Below the pieces are notes generated by a model, which was not told where the DNA came from, searched no databases, and saw only the letters and a program-made list of their open reading frames with translations. The translations under genes and the position numbers were made by a program. A stretch of DNA of 60,000 nt, taken from positions 42,658,001 to 42,718,000 of the forward strand of contig OZ076413.1 in NCBI GenBank assembly GCA_964187785.1, read 5' to 3'. This DNA comes from Amphiscolops sp. MND2022 (Eukaryota). Shown one piece after another: positions 11,066 to 25,230 of the stretch. Position 1 is the first letter of the stretch. The number at the start of each line of letters is the position of its first letter.

Positions 11066-11140
11066 CCGGCATTACTGTGTCTGAAGTACACTGAAAACGA
11101 AATATATGAGCTTTCATTGGCACGGGAGCCCCGAACTTCG
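11066..11140 (+). CDS. RASGRP: RasGRP exon: end of the CDC25/RasGEF domain (PALLCLKYTENEIYELSLAREPRTS)
   Basis: TTTCAG acceptor, GTGAGT donor, phase 0/0. Matches the RasGRP motif YTEDEIYELSxAREPR. Confidence 0.9.
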
Positions 11141-14100
11141 GTGAGTACAATTTTGTTACCTTATTTGTCTTCTACAGATCTGTAAACAATCCCGAAGCAT
11201 GGGAACAATCCCGAAAATTCCGTTTTTAACATTCTCCCACCTTAGTTTGGAAGAAATTAAAATCTTAAACTTATCTTGCAAGTTTCTTACAAAACATGTT
11301 ATCCCCGCATGTTTCTTGCTAGCCGATGCCAGTCTTCAAAGAATTTTGCAAGACTATGCAAATCTTACAAGATGATGAATTAGAGTTTTGCAAGGCATTT
11401 CAAAGTCTTCATCGTGTACATAATATAGGTGGGTTATTTGTTTTTCAATGTATATCAAATTTGCGTTTTAAATGTCATTCATTTATACAAAAAATGAGCT
11501 TTCAGGCCAAAAACTATGAAGCTCGCACTTCTGAAGATATTATATAATCCAAAGTTTTCTATTTTCTTCACAGTTCAAGAAGTTAGAAAAACGCCAAACA
11601 AAAATGGCCGTCTCCATTAAGTCAAAATTGATGACGCAATTGAGGTCTTTGAAACAAAATTTTTGCCTATTAGCGGCATCCCCTCATGTGAAAACTTTCT
11701 GAATTAAAGTCTGGAATTGCTTTTTTGATAGTAAGTGGGAATAGAAACTAGCGGGGATGATCATTAGATGTTCTGCACCTCGAATTTTCAATCTAAGCTG
11801 GCAAGAATCTCGAAAGCTCCATGCTTTCCTAGCAAAATTCGTGCAACTTCAATTCTTTTTTTTTGCAAGGATCTTATCAGACAGTTTCCAAGACTAATGC
11901 ATCGTCTTGCAAGATCTTGTAAGACGTCTTGGAGTATATTTTCAAGAATAATATTTTTCATCCTAGGGCAAGTATCAACTCATTTAACGACAAATTAAAA
12001 ATGGATTTATCAGTTTTTCATTTTGCTTGAATCAATAGATTTTCTACTTGATGATTAAAGAAAGTTCTTGAAGATGGAAAAAATAGCATTTACAGTGGTG
12101 AATTGATGTAAATTTATTCGAATGAAATAATTGCTTGAACTTTTTTTTAAATTCATCAATAGATATAATCCATTCACTTGAAACCTCAAAAAATGAGCAT
12201 ATTGAATGGTTGTCAGAAAAACCAAATGAAGTGATCATTACGAACACCATTTTCTATGTCTCTTCCATTCTCCGATCATCTCTGTTGAAACCATTGAAAT
12301 AAAATGAAAATGCCTCCATCGAACATTGAGCAGCGAACTATTCATCCAGTACTATTCGTTGGTCGTCTTCAAACATTCAAATTCCGAACGACTATTGGGT
12401 GAAAACTCTTGAAATATTCATTGGGGCTACTGTTTTGCTGCATTTGCGGCTAATAAACTGTGATTTGTAATCGACTTCGTGGTATGTCATCATGCGTTTG
12501 CATCATTGCTATAATCATGGATGATTAGTATCCATAAAATCAAACGTCTTGCCATGAAAAAGCCCCGATGAAACGAGCCATGATGGTCAACTAGGGTACT
12601 TATACTGTGGGAGAGTCACACGCTGAAATGAAATTGAGTCAAGAGGTATGAACAAGAATCTGCTCATAGTTTGACGACCCGATATAGAAGGTCGGTTTCT
12701 TACTATATTTGTCGCATTTCATTTGCTTGTAAACATACATTTGTTCATTCCGAAAATGTATTGCCTTGTTTGTAGGAGAAATAAAAATACATTTTACATG
12801 GTATCGCATAGATTGTATATTTACTTGGACTATATCATCAAATTTATTAAGTTCTCTTACGACCTTTTATTTGAATGAAGGGTATCTAAGGTAGATTTCA
12901 TACCGAACAATATCTTCAAATGATCTTTGAATTTTTAAACCGTCAGTTCACTGACGTTTCAATCATCAAGCTCCAAAATGTCAATTCACCTTCGAGAATG
13001 TTTTTGTAGAGACCACGATGAACTTAAATTGATGTTTCTTAAATGATGTTGAAAACAGCTGCTGATATTCAGTCCCTGAGGGTTTGTCAGATCATGTTCA
13101 ATTATGTTGGGATTGCGTGCAGAGTTAAATTGTGTAGGACTGAAAACTATTTATGTTTGAATTTTGACTCGATTTTATCCAGAATCGAAAAGGTGAAGTT
13201 TTCATTAATATTACACCATAACTATAGTTCGCTACAGCAGTAGCGAATCTGAGCGGAGAGACGTGCCACCACTTGACAAGCGGAAAAAGGAAGACCGAGT
13301 CATGCTACCAGTTGTAGTTCCTAAAAAAATCCTGTATAATTCTATTCAATTTAATCTATTGGACACGACGTCCACTGACCAGCTGGATATTTTTCGTCAA
13401 AAGTGTTCCAGTTACGACATTATTTTGAGGCTCAGCAGTAGCCACAGCACTTTGAAACGGCACAGAAGATGAAAGAAAGAAAAGTTTTAACACTTTTTGA
13501 TTAACGTCATCCCATTTTCAGAAGAAACACTTCATTCACGAACACGCTAAATAAGTGACTGTTTTGTTGGTGGGCTGTCATGATATTTAAAATTTCGCAC
13601 GAAAAGTAACTGAAAATGTCAAAATATGGAAACGTTCGATAGTTTCAACAAACTCGGGGTCTATTTGAGACACATTCCGTACAAGAAACTGCATATACTT
13701 CCTCCAAAAATGCTTACTGGATACCCGGTAAGCTGTTCAAAATTCACACCATTCTTATCCAGGAACTTCACAAGAGAAACTACAAAACAGCATACAAATA
13801 CCAAAAATTTCAAGAGTTTGGGTCAACCCGAAGCTGAGGTTATTATCAACCTGAAAAACAGCAAACCTTTCCTTCAACAGGAGTACTGCAGAGCTAGTTA
13901 TTTCGTCCTTAACCTATTCAAAAATTTTTGGCAAAAAGATCGCAAATTATTTTTTTGATGAAACTTTGTGATGTTTTTCCGAACACTTCGTCTTCGTCTG
14001 ATTCCTGTTTGGAACACGTATCGATAGCTACATGTTTCAATTCTATGCCTCGTTAACTTTCTCAATTAGGAAAATTGTCCGAAATCGGAATTACGTGGTC

Positions 14101-17100
14101 AAATTTTGAAAACTTCAGAATCTTTTGCTTTTGTTATTATTTTCGAGGAACTTCATCTAACTTACTCCTCTAATAGCGTTTGCATTGCATATTCTTTCAA
14201 CTTTCAGGTCAATGGAAGTTTCAATATGAAAAAAAAACTGATGAGTTGAGCAAAAGTGGTGACTAGAAACAAGGTTGTTTTAGGCTGTTTTGCGATCTAA
14301 TTCAACAAAAAACTGCAGTATCAAAGCCTACTGGATACTTGGTATATTCCAGTTCAGTTTAGTTTGATTATTTCAACTGAGGGTTCTTCAAAATGATTGC
14401 AGAAGTTGCATTAGATTTCAACCACAAAATTAGAGTTTTAACCTATTTTAGAATTTATTCTAATACAAGGTACAAACATCTCTAAAAGTGTACTGGATAA
14501 ATTCTCTGGCATCATCAACCAATTTCATTATGCTGATCTACAATTTTTTCAAACGTTTCACGAACTTGAAAAACAAAGAACAAATAATCTTGTATGATAA
14601 CAAGTATGATAAACTTGTATGATAACCTTTTTTGATCTTGAAACAAAACAAAATAATGATATAATCAAACAAAAACATTGAATCATTCGGAAATTTTCTT
14701 CTGCAAATATTTCTAGAGAACTGTAGCGCGTAAGTAGTTCCAATTTAGGAGAATTTTGAAGTTTCTGAAAACGAATTTCTCAACCATATTTTTACTTTAA
14801 ACCAAAAAGCTCAGTTTTTAGACGACTTTACGGTCAAATTGAGGCACTCTCTAAGGAACTGCATGTCTATTGAGAAACGCCCACTGGATACCAGAATTAG
14901 TTGTTGTTGAATGCCCACACCATTCAAATCACGAAATAGCTCAAAAACTTTACAAGAGTTGAATGAAAATGTCAAAACGTTGAAAGTTTTAGACTTTTCG
15001 ACCGCTCTGTTTTGTGTTAGTCTGAGAAAGTTTCCTACAAACAGAACTGAAAGTTTTTCTTTCAAAACATACTTCATATAGTGTAGATTGTTATGAAACG
15101 TCCAAGTTATGAATTTATTTTAATTTGTTTTTTTCTACTATTTCAGGTTCTTTTTGAGGTCGATTCTATCAAAAACGGCAGGCATCTCTATAAAAAAGCG
15201 CACTGGATAACAACTCCATCAGTTGTTGAATTGTTTTAGTTTCTATTCTACGAAATCTTTCTTAAGTGTTGTCTAATTTTCATAGAAAATAGCAAATGTA
15301 TGAAAATTTCGGTCTTTTGGTTATTTCGAGTTCCTCCAATGTCAAACTTTAGTCGAATCTAACTCAGAAAACGTTTCACATATGGCCTAAAATTTGAAAT
15401 AAAAAGAGTGAAAAAAAAACAAAAATTATTAATTTGTTCGAATATTTGGCTTGTGAGTCTCTTTTCTCACATGAAATTGTAGTTAACCTTCGATAAACCG
15501 ACTGGATAACGCGTTCGTAAGCTGGTTCTTCCAACCAATGGAATCTTTTGAAATTTTCACAAGGTATCCCAAAAGTGTGAATGTTCGATAACAGTTTGGA
15601 CTTTCTACTTTTGTGTCCATTCTGACGTTTCATTTTACCTGGAAGACTGCAAACTTTTCCTTCAAAAAGCGCAATGCATAGCTTTAAAAATAGTCTGGAG
15701 ACTTCTGAACAGTCTAAATTAAAGAACTTATCACAAGCATTCACTGGAGTTGTCAGAATTTGGAACACTTCGATTTTTTTGGATCAACTTGAGGCATTTT
15801 CTAAAACCAGTCGGCAATTGGCTCTTCGAAAAGCCAACTAGATATCGAGTGCAATCGTTGTTGAACAATCTATACATTGCAACCCACGAAACTTTTCGAC
15901 CATTGCGTAAAATAGGCATAGCAACGTTAAAAATGGATTTTTTAGGCATCGAAAATGTTTTTTTTTGGGTTCTCTGACTCTTTGGGGTCATTCTGAAGCG
16001 TTTTGAAGCAAAACACTGCTTTTTCTTTCCACAAAAGCAAACTGCATAGCTAGTTTGCTCGTCTTCTAACGTGTGGAACCTTCTAATCTATAAAAACTTT
16101 CAAAAATTGTTCACAAGTTGCATTTAAACTACATAATCTGGAACAATTTTAATTTGCTGTTTTTTAGTGTCATTTTAAGGCATATTTTTAATAAAAAACT
16201 GCATATATCTCTTCAATAAACCTACTGGGCATCAAATTGATACGTTGTTGAACGTGGTACAAGTTCTAAGCTACACGAATTTTCGAAAATTTGGCAAAAA
16301 ATTGCATGAAATTTTTAAAATTTGGAATTTTTCGTAATTTTGTTTTTTTCGGGTTCATTCTGGGGTCGTTTCCGGGTTCAACCAAAAAAGTCCAAAAAAA
16401 TTTACAATTACATATCGCATGAAACCAATTTTATTTCAGTTGAATTCTATAGGTAAAACCCTTCAACAAATAAAATGTTTCGACTCAGGAGAGGCAACTC
16501 AAAGATGTTTGGCACTCGCGAAATGAAAAATAAACTCAGAAGCAATTTCAAGTGCAGCTTGTGTTCCGTCGCTTGTTAACGCCTACTCTTTTGTTGCAAT
16601 GTTCTTTATTTACACAAGTGCAAAAACTATCCGCATTATACAATTTGCAACATTTTTTCGTTTTTCAATTTCGTTCGCAGGTGTGGTAAAAACGTGAAAA
16701 CATGACACACTAATCAATTTTCATTAGAGTACAATTCCCAATAGTGTACTTATATTATCATTCAGACCGGTGAAAATAATTAAAATTTCTGCAAACCCAC
16801 GCAGAAGGTTTCATTTTCTATTATGCTGGCAATTAATCATTTGCCGTTTTTTGTGCACCATTGAGATTGCTGTCGCCTATCCAACCACTTAAAGTCTGAG
16901 TTTTTAATGACCAATTTTACCTTCAGCAGTCACTGAAGTTTTGTGCTTTATAATTCAAATCTTGAAAATTGAATTTTCCTCAGACCTTGATTATACAAAA
17001 AATATATTTTTATGATAGCTTTAGCATCGGTTATTACATTGCTGACATTACCAGTAGAGCCAATAAAATCATCAGTGGTTCCCAACAAATAAAAATTTCA

Positions 17101-18028
17101 AGTTGAAAAATCTTACGATTGCATTAGTTAGCTGAAAGAACCTCCCTCTTATGTGACAACTTACTGACAACTTAATTGAACAAAATATTATTTTCAATCA
17201 CGAGAAGTAACTACTACTTTAAATTTTTCCTGGGAACCACCAATGTAGCCTAATGTTTTTCATCAATTTTAAAAATTTTGCATTCGTTTTAGAAATGAAA
17301 GTATCTGAATATTGCTTTATTGTTGCAAGTAGTTTGCCACAAAAACCCCATCGTATCCCTCCAAGTTGCTTTTTTGTCATCAGGTTTTACGAAGAAGGAT
17401 AATGAGAAACGCAGCGAGCTGGGACAGTTCCACACGAAAATCACAATCGCTGCAAAATCCACTTGCTTTTAGTTCGAAATTTTTGCAAATTTGAGAATCA
17501 GGCGAATGCGAATGGTGTTAACTTGCTGATGCCAATCAAAACGGTGAATAAAGTGAAAAGTACTAATAGCAACAAGAAAAAAAGGAAACGCATTCTCGGA
17601 GAATAGACAAAGAGAAGCCCACGCTTCCTTGTTTTTTTTTCAAATTCCAATAATCAACATTATTGCAAAACGCCCATAAACAAAATCCCATTACTTCCTG
17701 TTGAAATCACCTTAAAACGAATTTGACATTTTATTGCAAAAAGATAATAAGTAATAACAAATATCGCATAGTAAACTGAATGATTGCATTTTCAAAATAA
17801 TGCACACCATTTTTCAGATATAACTCATCAGGAATCAACAGTGGCTTTAAAATGGTTGTCGACTTATCTGCTTGCTTATATTGTTATATTATCTTATTGT
17901 TTGAACGTTCAATGGTATAACTGAACCTTCATATCAACTCCCTAGAGCTTCGGGTTTTTAAACCAATTATGTTCTTTTCGAGTAGTTTTTTTATACCATC
18001 GCTCTTACCTGTTTGATGTGACATTTAG

Positions 18029-18130
18029 AACTCATTCTCGACAACAGAGGTGTTTGCAGACTGGGCAGCAGGGGTGACTGCGTCCCTGGATAGTCAGACC
18101 CTGGATAAACACATCACGTGTATGGTAGAT
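18029..18130 (+). CDS. RASGRP: RasGRP exon (NSFSTTEVFADWAAGVTASLDSQTLDKHITCMVD)
   Basis: TTTAG acceptor, GTTAGT donor, phase 0/0. Matches RasGRP DWASGV...KHVxxMVD. Confidence 0.88.
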
Positions 18131-18170
18131 GTTAGTAGTACCCCATCTCATTTGAAACATTTCATCATGT

Positions 18171-18610
18171 TTTTTCTCGGCGCTTTTCTAGTGAAAAGTG
18201 CCCGACTATTACAGTGGCTAGTTTTTTTTCTTTTTTTTCGCCAGACCGCAGACCTCATCGTGTATTTACCGACTTTTTAGTACAGACTTCTTAGTACAGA
18301 CTTAAATCGGTTTACGGGGAACCCAGCGGTCACGGGTTCGAGTCCCTGCTTTAGCAAGTAACTTTTTTGAGCATTTGCGAAAGCCGGCGAGACTGAAAGG
18401 TTCCCTCTTTCAATTTTCTTTCGGCACAGTGCGACATTTTCTCGAAAATTTTTTAATGTCTCCAAAGGGTCCCCCTTCAAGTTTTTTGATATTTTGCCAC
18501 AAACTTGATTCTCAAAAAGCCCAAAGGGGCCCTATTTTTACAATTTTAAAAACTTTGCGCTTTTTGAGCCTTAGATATAGCGCCGACTTTAGACGTTTCC
18601 GTCTTGTTTA
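18171..18610 (+). mobile_element. Helentron/DINE-1-like non-autonomous element, family B
   Basis: Subterminal inverted repeat TCGGCGC...GCGCCGA, 3' hairpin GACGTTTCCGTC then TTGTT. The shared block TACAGTGGCTAGTTTTTT recurs in related copies at 28980, 30240, 33112 and 47071. Confidence 0.6.
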
Positions 18611-21108
18611 TATCTTCTTGTAAAATAGTGACTTCCTGCAAAAATCTTACAAAAAGTTTTCAATTTATTTTCAAAAAAAGGTTTTAAAAGACACAAGTCT
18701 AATAAAAGCGTTGGAAATTTGATTAAAATATAATTTCAAATAGTTGAATGAAATTTCCTGCAAGTCTTGGCCCAATCGTGATAACATCCTTCGGAATCCT
18801 GCCAGATCGTGCAAGGTTAAACTGGAAACACGAGAATTAGCCAAGTTTCTACTGTAATCTTACCAAAATGTAATGGTAATCTTGCGAAGATTTCGAGGTT
18901 TTAGTGACGACCTTGCAACTTGAATGCATTTAAACCCGGATAGCTAGATTTAGCATTTTGTTAACTGGTGAGAACAACAAAGCGCCCCGAAGCAGAAACA
19001 AGTACCTTTTGAAAAAATCTTGGAATAATGGCTGCACAACATCAACAATTTACAGTGACATTCGTGGGGCTACTAAAGTCCAGGTACAGAAGCTTCCTCG
19101 TTAGAAAACAGATAGAAGCATATTAATTACCACAAAGCAGCTTGATCAATTTGTCAAGAACACCAGGACCTGTTATTTAAGCATTGATAAAGACATCGGA
19201 AGACACATAACTATATGTTAGGATGTTGAAAAGATTTTGTCAATTAAAAGAAATTGAACAGAAATTCTGCCAAAAGTAAAAAAGACTGAAGGTTCTGCCA
19301 AGAAAGAATGGAGCGCGGGATCTTTGCGGAATTTCCCGGTTTTTTTCCGGGACTGTAGCAGGATTCCCACGGTTGCTGCATCTTGATAAGTTCTACATGT
19401 TTTATTTTAGAATCTAAATTTCGATGCCCTGTAGGGCAAGTTCCTGATATCTTTGACTTCTTGACAAGATCGCTTGTTCTACACTTTTTGGGACTTTGTT
19501 CTCGGTGTAGATTTTCAGATCAGTTTTCCTTTTCCTGTTTGAAGCACATTGTTTTCCATGGTAAACAATATGCTTCAAGCGATCTTGTCAAGAAGTCAAA
19601 GATATCAAAAGTTTGCCAAGATTTCCAAGTTCAGTGTGCTCTCCCAAGATCTTCCTAAGAGTTTCAAGATTTCAAACGCTGGGTTCCGCGAAATTGCATT
19701 GAGAGGTAAATATTTAGAAACAATAGCTTTTGAAACCTCGTGTTAAAATAATTGTAAGCATTGAGTCATTTTGCTGTTTTAAAAGTTTTTAAATATAAAT
19801 TACGGCGGGTGAGCGCCTATAACGGGACATATCAAAACTCGATACGGTCGAAGTACATTTCTCAGTATTTGAGATTTTTTGAAAAAAAAGCACCTGGTAT
19901 TGTATATCGCAAACTCTCGGAGCAAAATTGATTTGTCCGTCATTGGACTGTTCACGGTCTGAATTGTTAGCGAAAGTTCCAATTAAACGAAATCGATGAG
20001 AAAATTGGCTGGTCATGGTTTGTCATCAACAAGACGGAAACATCTCAAGTCGCTGAAGGTTCTAAAATTTCAGTCTTTCAAATATGCTAAGATGCTGTTC
20101 TGGTAAAACGTCTCATGGGTCCAGAAATATCCAGAGGAGGAGGAAGAAGATGAATAACAAGAACAAGAAAAAGGTTGATTTGTCCATTTCCGCGAGGTGG
20201 AAGGTGGATGCCAAATAAGCGGTTCTGCTTCTCGAAGTCGGTGCCTTTAGGATAATTCTCTACGCTAACATTTTGTCAATGAATTGTTCACGCAAAATTC
20301 AAGTGCCCTTTAGGCCTACAAATTTTTCCCTCACAACAAATGTCAAATCAAAGCACGAAATCATATGACGAATTGAGGAATTTTAAAAAAATGCACAAGT
20401 TCAAAAACACCACACTTGGAAACCTTTTGGTCGTGTATAGTTCGAAGAGTTTGAGAAAAGTGAACCATTTAGAATGAAGATTGTCATCTGACAAAACATA
20501 AACTGCCACTGTGAGAGTCGGACACTTTTTCTAACAAAAAGCGCTCATTAACTGAAAAGAGTTACATGTTAATCGTTTTATACATGGAATATTCGAATCT
20601 CGGTGGAAACTTTTCAGAACGTGGACACATAACTTTTGTAAAAATTCTAGCTCAGCCAGTATGCCAGTGTTCTCCTTAAAACTGAAAACAACATCGAAGT
20701 AACGTTTTTTAGCATCTCAGACGGATTCGATGATACCTGTCATTTTCTAATCAGATATGCATTATTTTGTCAGATGCCATCAGAATTGGAAACAATCATC
20801 GAAGAAATTCCCTGCAGTGGCGGCTTCTACTTGACAATTCCCTCTTGTTTCTTCTCTAACACCAAATTTTGGAGCACAGAAACACTTTGCAAATCGTCTT
20901 TCTAATGCCCGTTATTCGAGTTTGAACTAAAACCGAAGCTTTCGCAAACTATTATTAAGCAATCACGAACCTTTATGAAGGTTTGTTTGAAAGGCGGCAA
21001 AACGGGAAAAAGGATCCCGTATTTTTGGGCGTTTATAACGATAGATGAAATGGAAATGTAATTTGCTGACCCAAGTATGTACAGTCTTAAACATGTGAAG
21101 AGTTTCAG

Positions 21109-21224
21109 GCTGTATTCAAGAATTACGATTTGGACAGCGATGGCTTCATCTCAATGGAAGAATTCAGCGAAATCTCCTCAAACTACCCCTTCATCGACGG
21201 ATTCTGTGTTCTTGACACCAACAA
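21109..21224 (+). CDS. RASGRP: RasGRP exon: EF-hand 1 (AVFKNYDLDSDGFISMEEFSEISSNYPFIDGFCVLDTN)
   Basis: TTTCAG acceptor, GTTAGT donor, phase 0/2. Canonical EF loop DLDSDGFISMEE. Confidence 0.93.
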
Positions 21225-23154
21225 GTTAGTGGGGACTTTCGCTTGTTGAGCATACGCATCTACACAACTAAAGGCTTCCAAAGGTCTTACATTTCATAGT
21301 ATAGTATACTAGTATAGCTTCTAGTTGACAATACAGGGCAACTCATCGGTGACCGAAAGGTTCCCTTTCAAATTTCTATCGGTGGCCACTACGGTGGCTA
21401 TGACACATTTGGGTGGTTTTGAGCGGGCCAAGTTTCATTCAAAATATTCATAAAAACTCCTTTTGTTTCATAGTACCGCATTTTACCGCATTTTACTGCG
21501 TTTGTAATTTGTTTGTTATCGCTGAGCTACATTTGCTCTTCAACACTGACTAGGTTTTAGGATTCATATCGGACACTTTTGAGGTTACACGTCCTTTAGC
21601 CCCTAAATGTACATAGCCTCTAGAATATATACGGCTCCAAAGGTCGTCTTTAACGCTACCTTGGGCCACCAATGTAGCTCAGAATATTATTTTATGAACT
21701 TAGCAACTTAAAAAGTTTACAATTCAGCTTAAAATTGTACCTTTCAAATCCTTGCAAAAATTTTGAATTCCAAAACGTTTTCACCACTTTGAAGGCTCTT
21801 TAATGGGACAAATTTGAGTTCTTCAGAGGCCCTCGGTTGTCCATAAGTGATTCGGTGGATTGAAGTTGTGTATTAGTACGAGTTCATGTATCGTGATAAA
21901 AATCATGCCTTCAGGATGTTTTGAATCATCACGAAACTGATAGGCGTCAATGATTTTCGCGTCATTCCGAAATTGTGTAAACCTTGAAGGTCAAAAACTT
22001 TTTCATATGATGTGTTTTTGTGCGTAATTTTTTGATACAGAATGAATATGTAGCAAACAAACCAATGGATATAGAGAAACACGTAGTTGTAACCAACTTT
22101 TACATTTTGGCATCAGTTTTAGACCAAAGTAGAGAGTCGTTCCGATACTTTCTAAGTTATGAACATTTTGGTTGATGGTTCGAATATCTTTCATGGCCCA
22201 TAATGGTTAACTAGTGGTTCTATTGTTGACCTTGAATCATTTTAATGGTACTTTTTAATTATTTCCTGCAAAATCAATTTCAAGGCTCATCATAAATTTT
22301 CACCCTTAGCTAGTCATGAAAAGTTCCTGCAATTAATGTTTTCATCAACATCAATTGAAACTAATAGCATGCCAACTAATCAATTTTGCAGACGAAAAGA
22401 GAAAAAGGAAATTTATATTTTCTGTGTCAATAAATAATTTTTCAAAATTTTCAGACTGTGAAATTTCCTCTTTTTGGGAACTCTCTGATTTGACTTTCCA
22501 CTGATTGCGTGACAGAACTAAGAGTTAGATGTTCGCCTCTGTTAGAAGTTGTTTTTTAAGGATTTCAATCCAAGTATGTTTAAAATAAATTTTGAAAAAA
22601 TGGGCGCCGACTACTACGATGACAATTTTCATTTTATTTTCTCCAAGCCCAAAAAATCACTCTGAGCGGCCACATTTTTGAAACAGATTTTCGAGAGAGT
22701 TCATTAACTTCTCTAATATTCTAATATTCGTATTGTAACGAAAATTCATAATGCATCCAAAGAGCGCAAAGAGCCACATCTAGTTTGCTTTTTAATTAAA
22801 TTGAACTTAGAAAACTAGATGACCTAAAAAGGAACGCTAGACTAGGCGTCAATGTCTCAAGTCGGCGCCCACTAGACAGGCTCCAAAAGCGTGAAGATAT
22901 GCTCAGAAGGTGCTTTTCAGGAAACTCAAAAAGTATCCAAAAATCGAAGGACCCTTTGGGCGTTAAAAATTTTCATAACTTGAAACATCAAAAAAAACCT
23001 TTAATGAATTAAACATTTGTATTCATGAGCTGCCTCGTGGAATTTTAATGTTTTTAACATCCGAACGCAATTTTGAATCGAACACAAACCTAATTACAAA
23101 GGAAAATAGCATCGAGAGGTTTGCTAGTTAAACATTTCAGTGATTCTGTTTCAG

Positions 23155-23293
23155 TGATGGCAAAATCAGCAAGGACGAAATGAAAACTTACTTCAAAACT
23201 GCCAACAGTGTCATGCTCAGGAGTGAATTCAAACACGATTTCAACGAACACACTTATTTCAGACTCACCTTCTGCCAACACTGCACTGGACTG
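23155..23293 (+). CDS. RASGRP: RasGRP exon: EF-hand 2 and first half of C1 (DGKISKDEMKTYF...HDFNEHTYFRLTFCQHCTGL)
   Basis: TTTCAG acceptor, GTAATG donor, phase 2/0. Confidence 0.93.
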
Positions 23294-23949
23294 GTAATGA
23301 TTGATGCCACTAAAACCATAAATATCTAAGATTGAGCAAGACTATGTATTAAAATAACTACGCCTTGAGCAACACATAGTTTTCAATCGGTATAAGTGTT
23401 CTCTAAACAGTGTTTTCAATAGACTGTAACGACAAAAAGGAGAACGCAAAGGGTTGGGGCATTTGCGCACGGGACGAGGTTCCGTCTTCCAATTGGTCCA
23501 TATTGCCTCCTCAAGGTGTTGTCTCGTGCGTTTGTTGGCTGCTCTTTAACAAATATGCCAACTTCTATTGAAAACGCAGAAACATCATCACTAAGGGGAG
23601 TAAAAGTCAATTAAATCAACTTGAAGAATAACTTTCAGGATTTGCCGGAAACGCAAAAAAATACGTAAAAGTCAATATCTTTTAATAGAAAAAAGTTAGT
23701 TAGGTCAACTAAAAGTCAATTTTTCAGTAATTTTTTTTTGAAAAAAAATTGAAGTGCGGTATCAACTGTGTATATGGTTAGGCGCTTGTTAGCAGGCTGG
23801 CCAGGTGTCCTTGTGTTATTTTCCGCCCACATATAATGGGGGAAGAAAATCATGATCTGTGTTGCGTTTTTTTTCCAAATTCTGCCAAATCTCCTCCCAG
23901 TTCTTCCCCATCGACTTGCCTTGACTATTTGTTACTTGAATGTTTCAGT

Positions 23950-24020
23950 TACTTGATAGCGCAGTTGGTAGTGCGTCTGCCTGGTAAACACGAGATCGTG
24001 GGTTCGAACAGTGGGTTACA
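23950..24020 (+). pseudogene. tRNA-like sequence (pseudogene or SINE head)
   Basis: A-box TAGCGCAGTTGG and B-box GGTTCGAA at tRNA spacing. The T and acceptor stems pair poorly. Confidence 0.55.
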
Positions 24021-24689
24021 TTTTTAGCGGAAAATATCCCAGTGCTTAGCGGGCGTCTTGTTTACTTTACATTACGTGACCACTTTTGACTATAGTATAC
24101 GGTAGCGTTTCAAAATATCGCATCCTCATTGCTTAAAATGGCAAAGTTTAAAACCAAACATCTCGTAAACTGTCTCGAATACAAAAATGTGCCTGCTGCA
24201 AAAGTTTATTTAAATTTTATCTAGTTTACAAACATGTTTGTTTGAAATTTCTGCAACAAAAATTACAAGAGTTAGAATTGTAAAATTTGACAAACTTCCA
24301 TCGAATTTGCACTTTTTCTTGACTTTCACAAAGTTGAAAAAGATTTTTTTTAATTTTCAGTCGATCATTTGCCCCCAAATATCCTGAGGGTGCTGATATG
24401 ATTTGATTGAAAAACTTTTTCGATTTCAAATAAAGATCATCGATTTCTAAATACAATTATTATAGCCTATCTTAATACATGTACTTCAGTGCTCTTAGAC
24501 ACACAAAAAAAGTGTTTTTCTGATTCGAAACAAATTCTCGATCAAATTTATATAATCGGACCAAGGGTTACAGGCTAATTACAGGGGTAATTTGGTCCGA
24601 ATTTATACATTTGATCCGAATCTGGCTTTGGTCCGAATTTGTATTTTGGTCCGATCTGTCTTTGGTAAAGTCTGATGCAGTTGTTGAAC

Positions 24690-25230
24690 ATGAGAAAAAG
24701 TTCTTCGTACAAGAGCGTCGTGGTTCTCATAAACATGCTCGTGGGTTATTCGGACCCTTCAAACCAACCCAGCAATTCATTAAACCTGCCACTGATAAAC
24801 TTACTGATTAATTGGTTACTTACGTAAGAACTCAAAACCCTCCATATGTGACACCATAACATATACACCGAACGCCACCAGTCAAACAAAATTAAATTCA
24901 AACGCCCTACAACTATACAAAGCAATGGAAATATAGAATTGAAAACATGGAGCCTTCACACTCATTATAGTAATCCAAATGGATCTTGCCCATGAAGAAG
25001 GAAGCCTTGATCCTCTACATATCCCAGAAAGGTTGACTATAAAATTCCGGTCAAATAGTGGGAAAAATCTGTATATCGTTGGTCGTTGGAAGGACTCTGA
25101 AAACGAAAATCCACATAATGAACAACTATTTTGTATTCCAAAGACATTTAAACTATGAATCCCTCGCATTGAAACTGCATGGACGAAACTTATACAAGAT
25201 GCAACCAAATGGTTTCAAGAATGAAATAGA
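24690..25230 (+). pseudogene. Possible degenerate DNA-transposase fragment (Sola-like)
   Basis: Scattered frame fragments ERRGSH, HTHYS, LHIPERLTIK, FQRHLN and CMDETYTRC fall in an order reminiscent of Sola transposases. Heavily disrupted. Confidence 0.25.

Noticed and set aside
11240..11970. ORFs in TCTTGCAAG-rich segments (similar sequence at ~18640-18900 and ~19380-19690)
   Set aside because: They look like decayed MITE-type repeats with no protein motifs; boundaries could not be defined.
23950..24020. Functional tRNA gene
   Set aside because: The T-arm and acceptor stems do not pair properly; kept only as a pseudogene or SINE head.
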